Assembly (NCBI GenBank): GCA_945862355.1
Contig: CAMAYR010000001.1
Span: forward strand, 14,314-78,313
Direction of reading: 5' to 3'
Source: Devosia equisanguinis
GTDB lineage: Bacteria; Pseudomonadota; Alphaproteobacteria; Rhizobiales; Hyphomicrobiaceae
Length of the DNA: 64,000 nt
How positions within the stretch are numbered: position 1 is the stretch's first letter; each line of letters starts with the position of its first letter. The notes below the pieces were generated by a model. That model searched no databases and was not told the DNA's origin. It saw only the letters and a list, made by a program, of their open reading frames with translations. Positions 62,171 to 64,000 of the stretch are shown piece by piece. A program made the translations under genes and the position numbers.

Positions 62171-63397
62171 TCATTCGATCATCTCCGACTTGCGGTACAT
62201 CGCGATCAGCGAGCTTCGCAAAACGAAATCGCGATGGCTCTCCTTGTCTGCCGCCATGCGCCGAAGGTTGTCGAGGTTCGCCGCGCGGACCTTTGGATCG
62301 CGCTCCTCGAGTGTACGCTTGTTGGCGATCGACTGGGCTTGCACGTACTCGATCGCCGTCAGGCGGCGCTGGCGGTCGTAACGAGCCAGAAGCGGCTCGG
62401 CATCGGCGCCTTTCCAGATCTCGGCCAGCTTGTCGGCCAGGTTGAGACCATCCTGGAAGCCGCTGTTCATGCCCATGCCGCCGATGGGGTTGTTGATGTG
62501 GGCACTGTCACCGGCTAGCGCGAAGCGGCCCTTGTAGAAGGCGCCTGCCACGCGCTGATGCACGCTGTACATATTGCGGTGGACGATCTCGCATTCGCCG
62601 GCCGGCGCGAGGCATTCGGCGAAGCGCGCAGTGATCCAGGCATCGCTCATCACCTCCTCGTCGGTCTCGTCGGACTTGGCGGGGAACACGCAGCGCCACA
62701 GGCCCTCGAAATCCTCGCCGGGCACCTTCATCAGCGAGACCCAGCGCTCGGGGTGGGCGCAATAGTTGCGCAGGCGAAAGCCCATCGCCGCCTCGAGGTC
62801 GCGGGTGGTCGTGACGATGTTGAAACGCTCCGGCCAGGTGAAACCATCGAAGGAGACATCCATCTCCTTGCGCACCACGGAGCGACCACCATCCGCCCCG
62901 ATCAGCCAGCGGCCGCGGAAGACCTCCACGCTGCCGTCCTCGTGGCGCGCCTTGGCCTCCACCCAGTCGCTGCCTTGGGAGACGTCGAAAACGTCGATGG
63001 ACCGGATCAGCTGGAACAGCGGCTCTTTCCTGGCTGCTGCGATCGCGATGTTGACCGTCTTGTGCTGCTCGATCTGCACGACATAGGGGAAGGCGGTATC
63101 GTCCTTCAGATAGCCGTAGTCGAACTCCGCCACCGCCTTGTGCGTCTCCCGATCCCGCCACTGGAACATCGGCGAGATCAAGCCTTGGCGGAGGATCTCG
63201 TCGGTGAGGCCCATCGGAGCGAAAAGGTCGAGGGTGGAGGGCTGCAACGTGGCGGCGCGATGATCCTCGGCCGGCTTGTCGAGACGGTCCAGAACGGTGA
63301 CCGGGATTCCATGTCGCGCCAAGCGGAGGCCGGTCAGCGTCCCGATCGGTCCGCCGCCGGCAATGATGATTCGATCAATGTCGCTCATGCGTGTCAT
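62171..63397 (-). CDS. FAD-dependent aromatic-ring monooxygenase (UbiH/PHBH family)
   Basis: IIIAGGGPIGTLTGLRLARHGIPVTVLDR, ...LIGADGGRSVVRK, ...LAGDSAHINNPIGGMGMNSG. Start is ATG 63397 or 63388. Confidence 0.85.
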   Translation of the reverse strand: MTRMSDIDRIIIAGGGPIGTLTGLRLARHGIPVTVLDRLDKPAEDHRAATLQPSTLDLFAPMGLTDEILRQGLISPMFQWRDRETHKAVAEFDYGYLKDDTAFPYVVQIEQHKTVNIAIAAARKEPLFQLIRSIDVFDVSQGSDWVEAKARHEDGSVEVFRGRWLIGADGGRSVVRKEMDVSFDGFTWPERFNIVTTTRDLEAAMGFRLRNYCAHPERWVSLMKVPGEDFEGLWRCVFPAKSDETDEEVMSDAWITARFAECLAPAGECEIVHRNMYSVHQRVAGAFYKGRFALAGDSAHINNPIGGMGMNSGFQDGLNLADKLAEIWKGADAEPLLARYDRQRRLTAIEYVQAQSIANKRTLEERDPKVRAANLDNLRRMAADKESHRDFVLRSSLIAMYRKSEMIE

Positions 63398-63513
63398 GCT
63401 CTCCGAGGTCGCGGCGGCTTGCCTTTGCCAAGGCTGTGATTAGAGTTTGACGTCCTCGCTGCTGTCAACGCGGCATGCAATTCCACTTTTCCATCCAACA
63501 CTGGAGACTGTTC

Positions 63514-64000
63514 ATGCCTGTTGAGCTGGCACGGCTCGTGCTCGCGTCGCAAACCGACACCGATGGCCTCGCCAAGCAGCTTGAAGCGTGGGGGCCGGAG
63601 CGTGTCGCCAGAATGGCGCTCGTCTATAAGGTGGAGGGTGAGTACGAGGACGGCAGCCGGGAACGGGCGCGGGCGGCCGTCTACGCCCTGCTTGCACGAC
63701 ACGGGCTCGACAGCCGCGCGGAGATGGTGACGGTGGTTGGATGCGAGGGGCTCGCGACGCCGTTCGGCTATGTGCTGGCCGAGGTCGCCAGCGACGCACC
63801 CGCCGGCCGGTCGAAGCGGTTGTCCATCGGCATCGCGCGCGGAGCACCGCCCGATGACGCGGACCTCGACCGGGCAAAATTCAAGTCGCACGTCGCCAAG
63901 CTGACGCTGAAGGCGATGGCCGATGCCGGGCTCGAGGCGAAGGATGTGGTGACTGTGCTCGTCAATACGCCGCAGCCGACAACGGGCGACAAGGGTATGC
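63514..64000 (+). CDS. 5'-partial ORF, possibly ring-opening amidohydrolase (AtzD/barbiturase) family; runs off the window
   Basis: Hand translation from ATG 63514 (GGAG upstream) gives MPVELARLVLASQTDTDGLAKQLEAWGPERVARMALVYKVEGEYEDGSRERA... It is open to 64000. The layout resembles the AtzD N-terminus (KTEGNG region) but is divergent. Confidence 0.4.
   Translation, partial: MPVELARLVLASQTDTDGLAKQLEAWGPERVARMALVYKVEGEYEDGSRERARAAVYALLARHGLDSRAEMVTVVGCEGLATPFGYVLAEVASDAPAGRSKRLSIGIARGAPPDDADLDRAKFKSHVAKLTLKAMADAGLEAKDVVTVLVNTPQPTTGDKGM

Overview
High-GC chromosome segment (about 65% GC by eye). Gene content such as DUF1489, DUF952, DUF4167-prmC, HupE and TAXI-TRAP suggests an alphaproteobacterium, probably Hyphomicrobiales. 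All calls come from reading the translated ORFs and the DNA for motifs; no database search was run. The window has four parts. (1) 64-11692, minus strand, is a sulfur-oxidising heterodisulfide-reductase-like locus. It holds two LipS-type radical-SAM genes, dsrE, shdrC1, a VOC/glyoxalase gene, shdrB1, shdrA, shdrH, shdrC2, shdrB2, an unknown 145-aa gene, the lipoate-binding protein gene lbpA, and a ccdA/soxV-like gene. (2) 11803-20343 follows directly and is the most unusual part. It holds a 2119-aa single-module fully reducing type I PKS (KS-AT-DH-ER-KR-ACP, no release domain) divergent from the LipS genes. After it come a small orphan gene, a two-Cys ArsR/BigR/SqrR-type (persulfide-sensor-like) regulator, and an HDAC/AcuC-family deacylase. 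An AT-rich 11-mer (CATTCGTGAAT) is shared between the regulator's promoter region and the dsrE-shdr promoter region. (3) 20.4-26 kb holds DUF429, DUF2878, photolyase, and a locally AT-richer islet with a 2-TM protein, an Ada-Zn-motif protein and two tiny signal-peptide ORFs. (4) 26-64 kb is mostly housekeeping or catabolic. It has three xanthine-dehydrogenase-family molybdoenzymes (one an orphan large subunit next to tcuAB), 8-oxoguanine-deaminase-like, xdhAB, nitronate monooxygenase, pyrD, arsC, a TPR protein, hupE, nudC plus an EamA transporter, a Ser/Thr kinase-TM-WD40 protein, a TAXI-TRAP transporter, MOSC, DUF4167, prmC, an FAD monooxygenase and a truncated ring-opening-amidohydrolase-like ORF. 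The nudC-eamA pair is flanked by about 165-bp inverted copies of a hairpin-forming repeat. No rRNA, tRNA, CRISPR, transposase or integrase was seen. Many long ORFs in the track are antisense shadow ORFs of the high-GC genes and were ignored.
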